28,002 bases of DNA, taken from IMG/VR virus record IMGVR_UViG_3300043372_000062, positions 1 through 28,002 of that record. One strand, written 5' to 3'. Shown here piece by piece: positions 25,293-28,002 of the stretch (its first letter is position 1; every line of letters begins with the position of its first letter). Source of the stretch: a virus. Its lineage: Duplodnaviria > Caudoviricetes. The notes beneath the pieces are model-generated. The model had not been told where the DNA came from. It ran no database searches and saw only the letters and a list, made by a program, of their open reading frames with translations. The translations under genes and the position numbers were made by a program.

Positions 25293-25881
25293 CTTTTGAC
25301 ATCGTTACAACACCATTTAATCCGCTTTCAATTGGTTCACTTCCAAAAAGCTCACCGCCACGCTTTCCTTTGTAAATAAATGACCAAACCTCTTTTTCAA
25401 TTTCTGTAAAAGCACATTCTGCTAAATCTCCAATCATAATTACTTCTTCTACTGAATTAGTAATTTCTGAATCAAATCTTATTACAGGAGAAGTAATTGC
25501 AATAGTTCCTAAATCAGTTTGTAATGTTCCAGAAATTTTAATTCCTTTGCTTTCTTTTGCTCCAATAACTGTCAAACCACTTATTGTTACGTTTTCAATT
25601 TCTTCGTGCCAAAATGTAATTGTTTTTTTTAAAACTTGATCATTTTTACGATTGTGTTCTCTAGCAAAATCCCAACCTTGATTTAATCCTAAAGCATAAG
25701 CAAAAACTTCTTTTAAGCTATGTAAAGCATCATAATAATCCTCACTTGGTTTACTATCACTATCTACCGAATAAAGGTCGTTACTTTGGTTCAAATCAAA
25801 CCAATCAATCTCTAAACCTTTCTTTGCATTGAACTTTACTTTTTTTAGTTCAAAGTCCTTTAAATCTACTTTTTTGTTCAT
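25285..25881 (-). CDS. Hypothetical phage protein
   Basis: 198-aa coupled ORF; no function recognised. Confidence 0.75.
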   Translation of the reverse strand: MNKKVDLKDFELKKVKFNAKKGLEIDWFDLNQSNDLYSVDSDSKPSEDYYDALHSLKEVFAYALGLNQGWDFAREHNRKNDQVLKKTITFWHEEIENVTISGLTVIGAKESKGIKISGTLQTDLGTIAITSPVIRFDSEITNSVEEVIMIGDLAECAFTEIEKEVWSFIYKGKRGGELFGSEPIESGLNGVVTMSKVG

Positions 25882-25899
25882 TTTTAAAATATTTAATTG

Positions 25900-26208
25900 T
25901 TATTCTTCTTTGACAAATGTACCATCTATCATTTTACCTTTTCTTTTTGCAATTACGTTGTAGGCACTCTCTAAACATTCTGTAAGTTTTAATCCTTGCA
26001 TTTCTGCCTGAATAATTATTGTTACTAAAATATCTCCTAAAGCATCAATGATTTCTGCTTTATCATTATTAATTATAGCATCAAATAATTCCTCAACTTC
26101 TTCACTTGTTTTATTACATTGTGCAATAGGTGTTCCTTTTTCAAAAATACCTTTTTGTTGCGCCCACACTATTACAAGTGCTTCTAATTCCTGATAACTT
26201 TTGCTCAT
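25900..26208 (-). CDS. MazG-like nucleotide pyrophosphohydrolase
   Basis: WA...G...Q..K..EE..EL..AI.......I.DA.GD..V...CL..AY..I..RKG.M.DG.FVKE. Confidence 0.88.
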   Translation of the reverse strand: MSKSYQELEALVIVWAQQKGIFEKGTPIAQCNKTSEEVEELFDAIINNDKAEIIDALGDILVTIIIQAEMQGLKLTECLESAYNVIAKRKGKMIDGTFVKEE

Positions 26209-26236
26209 TCTTATTTATATTTAATTGGTTACTAAT

Positions 26237-26926
26237 TTAAAACAATTCAATTTGATTTACTTCATTTTTAAATCTTTTACTTGCTGCAATAAACATTTTT
26301 TCATCTATTTCACTTGCAATACATTTTCGATTTTCTTTATGACAAGCTAAACCAGTTGTAAAACTTCCAGCAAATGTGTCTAATACAATATCATTTTCTT
26401 TTGTATGTATTAATAATAATCTTCTTAACATATCAATAGGTTTTTCAGTTGGATGTATTCTTTCAGCAACACTTGGAACATTGTACTCAAAAACTCTTAA
26501 TTGATTTTTATATCCAATATTGTTAAAAGTTGCTCCTTTACCTCTTACATAAATCATAAATTCAGTATCTCCAATATATTTTCCATTTCCTAAAGGAATT
26601 GGATTTGGCTTTTTCCATACTAATAAAGTAACTGAATAACCTTTATTTTCAAACCAATACATAGTTTTAGAAACTTGCTTATTGCTACAAAATATTACAG
26701 CATTCATAACTTTTAAAACTCTTTCGTATTCGCTAAAATAATTATCAAAATCAAAACCATTACTTAAATATTCAATTCCTTTATTTAAAAGGTTTCTATC
26801 TTTAAAACAACCACCTCCATTACTTGCTTCAATTTCGTATGGAGGATCTGTCAAAATAAAATCTATACTATTATCATTTAATGATTTTAATAATTCTAAT
26901 CCATCAATATTTTTAAGTTCTATCAT
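26237..26926 (-). CDS. DNA N6-adenine/N4-cytosine methyltransferase (beta class)
   Basis: TDPPY catalytic motif precedes HPTEKP and VLDTFAGSFTT. Confidence 0.93.
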   Translation of the reverse strand: MIELKNIDGLELLKSLNDNSIDFILTDPPYEIEASNGGGCFKDRNLLNKGIEYLSNGFDFDNYFSEYERVLKVMNAVIFCSNKQVSKTMYWFENKGYSVTLLVWKKPNPIPLGNGKYIGDTEFMIYVRGKGATFNNIGYKNQLRVFEYNVPSVAERIHPTEKPIDMLRRLLLIHTKENDIVLDTFAGSFTTGLACHKENRKCIASEIDEKMFIAASKRFKNEVNQIELF

Positions 26927-26930
26927 AATT

Positions 26931-27458
26931 TTATATAAAAAACAAATCTAATTCTTTTTGTTCACTTTTGACTTTTCCAAATATTCTAAAAATCATCTTG
27001 TGTTCTCCTTTAACAAACTTTAATTTTATTTCATCAATACATTTTGTATTATCATCAGCAATTGTATTGGTTGTTATAATTGGTTTTTTGTACTGTATTG
27101 CTTTTTTAATCTGTCGTTCTGTTGGAGTTTTTAATACATCTAAAAAAACCTTTAACCAAAAGTTTGCCTTATTATCTAAATCAATATCAGTTACCTTATG
27201 ATATTCAAATTCCAAACGCATTTTTTCTAATTCTGGTAGTGATTTTAAATGTGGGTAAAGATACTCTTTACAATCATAAACTATTTTTGCAATTGTAAAA
27301 GCATTTCCATTATCGCTATAAAATAAGTTTCCTGATAAATAAAACCTTAACTTTAATACTGGCTTTCCATTCCTATCAAACTTTGGTTTTTTATAAACCA
27401 TATCCCAATGCGTTGGAGGATTAATTAATATTATTTCTTTTATTAAATCCATAATCAA
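26931..27458 (-). CDS. RusA-like Holliday junction resolvase
   Basis: DLDN.....K...D.L and I.DDN...I motifs. Confidence 0.7.
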   Translation of the reverse strand: MIMDLIKEIILINPPTHWDMVYKKPKFDRNGKPVLKLRFYLSGNLFYSDNGNAFTIAKIVYDCKEYLYPHLKSLPELEKMRLEFEYHKVTDIDLDNKANFWLKVFLDVLKTPTERQIKKAIQYKKPIITTNTIADDNTKCIDEIKLKFVKGEHKMIFRIFGKVKSEQKELDLFFI

Positions 27459-27673
27459 TTATTTTTACCAATTTCAAACATTCTTTTTATAAGTATTTGC
27501 ATTGAATCAGTATGGTCGTGCAGCACTCTTAATAAATCATATTCCTGATTTGCTATTTTTAAATTCCAACCAAAACATTTGCTTTTGTTTATGTAGTAAG
27601 CAAACTGTTTGTTCAATGTAAAATCATCTAATCTGTAACTTTTTTCTTTTGGCGTTAATTGCTTTTTTTTCAT
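27455..27673 (-). CDS. Hypothetical protein
   Basis: Coupled small ORF. Confidence 0.65.
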   Translation of the reverse strand: MKKKQLTPKEKSYRLDDFTLNKQFAYYINKSKCFGWNLKIANQEYDLLRVLHDHTDSMQILIKRMFEIGKNN

Positions 27674-27674
27674 T

Positions 27675-27893
27675 TTATTTGTTTTTACACTTATTAAAAA
27701 ATCTTCTGATAAAATATTGTCTGATTAATGATGCACAAAAAAATACAGAAGTAATAAGAATGTTTTGCTGAAATGTAACTGGAATATTTAGTAAAGGATA
27801 TAATAATGCTTGTATTCCAAAACTCATACATAATCCAACTACTGTTTGTGATAGGCTTTCCAATACGGACTGATACCTAGTTTGTTTTTTCAT
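27675..27893 (-). CDS. Small two-TM membrane protein (Q...QS..ES......G.......P.......QN......F...S..R.Y..RR.FN family)
   Basis: Motif recognised from small phage membrane proteins (DUF7220-like); two hydrophobic segments. Confidence 0.7.
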   Translation of the reverse strand: MKKQTRYQSVLESLSQTVVGLCMSFGIQALLYPLLNIPVTFQQNILITSVFFCASLIRQYFIRRFFNKCKNK

Positions 27894-28002
27894 TTTTTGG
27901 TTTTTAATAGGTTATAGTAGTAAATTATTGTTTTTGCTACTGAATCATTTATTTCTTTTTGTAAAACTTTTTTTGGAAATGTTTTTAAAACTCCATTGTT
28001 AT
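27890..28002 (-). CDS. C-terminus of a gene truncated by the window edge
   Basis: ...NNGVLKTFPKKVLQKEINDSVAKTIIYYYNLLKTKK*, with TGA overlapping the next ATG (ATGA). Confidence 0.6.
   Translation of the reverse strand, partial: NNGVLKTFPKKVLQKEINDSVAKTIIYYYNLLKTKK

Larger units (their letters stand above)
1..28002 (-). mobile_element. Myovirus-type phage/prophage segment (lambda-like head, Mu-like contractile tail), probably infecting Bacteroidota
   Basis: Continuous co-oriented head, tail, baseplate, recombination and DNA-modification genes; no host housekeeping genes; no att site or integrase seen in the window. Confidence 0.95.

Noticed and set aside
1142-27201. All + strand ORFs in the track (e.g. 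1142-1369, 2763-3062, 4692-4895, 9714-9962, 14368-14556, 15942-16187, 17207-17437, 18014-18235, 18385-18693, 21443-21727, 22145-22333, 23549-23740, 26968-27201)
   Set aside because: Antisense shadows of well-supported minus-strand genes; F/L/S/I-rich, often TTG starts, no recognisable motifs
1-28002. CRISPR array, rRNA, or stop-codon reassignment
   Set aside because: No spaced direct repeats or rRNA-like sequence seen; genes are full length and tightly packed under the standard code

Overview
Very AT-rich fragment of a tailed dsDNA phage or prophage. All convincing genes are on the minus strand. The host is probably Bacteroidota/Flavobacteriaceae (inferred from TAnnTTTG -7 promoter boxes, A-rich non-Shine-Dalgarno start regions and a DDLPF-type SSB). 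Reading right to left, the early/middle region (28002-17134) has a RusA-like resolvase, an N6A/N4C methyltransferase, a MazG-like protein, a NinG/HNH-like nuclease, a C5 methyltransferase, an SSB-like protein, a free-standing HNH endonuclease, an HTH regulator, a lipoprotein, a RecT-like annealase and a YqaJ exonuclease. The late region (16873-1) has a lambda-like head (S49 protease/scaffold, decoration protein, gpE-type capsid) and a Mu-like contractile tail (sheath, tube, chaperone, tape measure, gp46/47/48, two fibres, gp43-like, gp44-like hub), with the baseplate genes reordered. No terminase, portal, integrase, lysis or replication-initiator gene is visible in the window. The most unusual features are non-coding: (i) a promoter-driven, heavily base-paired ~420-nt RNA candidate with an attenuator-like leader between two baseplate genes, (ii) a second leader of similar design before the HNH gene, (iii) a ~65-nt sRNA candidate antisense to start-codon regions, and (iv) a +1/-2 (not -1) tail-chaperone frameshift. 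All protein calls are from motif recognition and synteny by eye; no searches were run.
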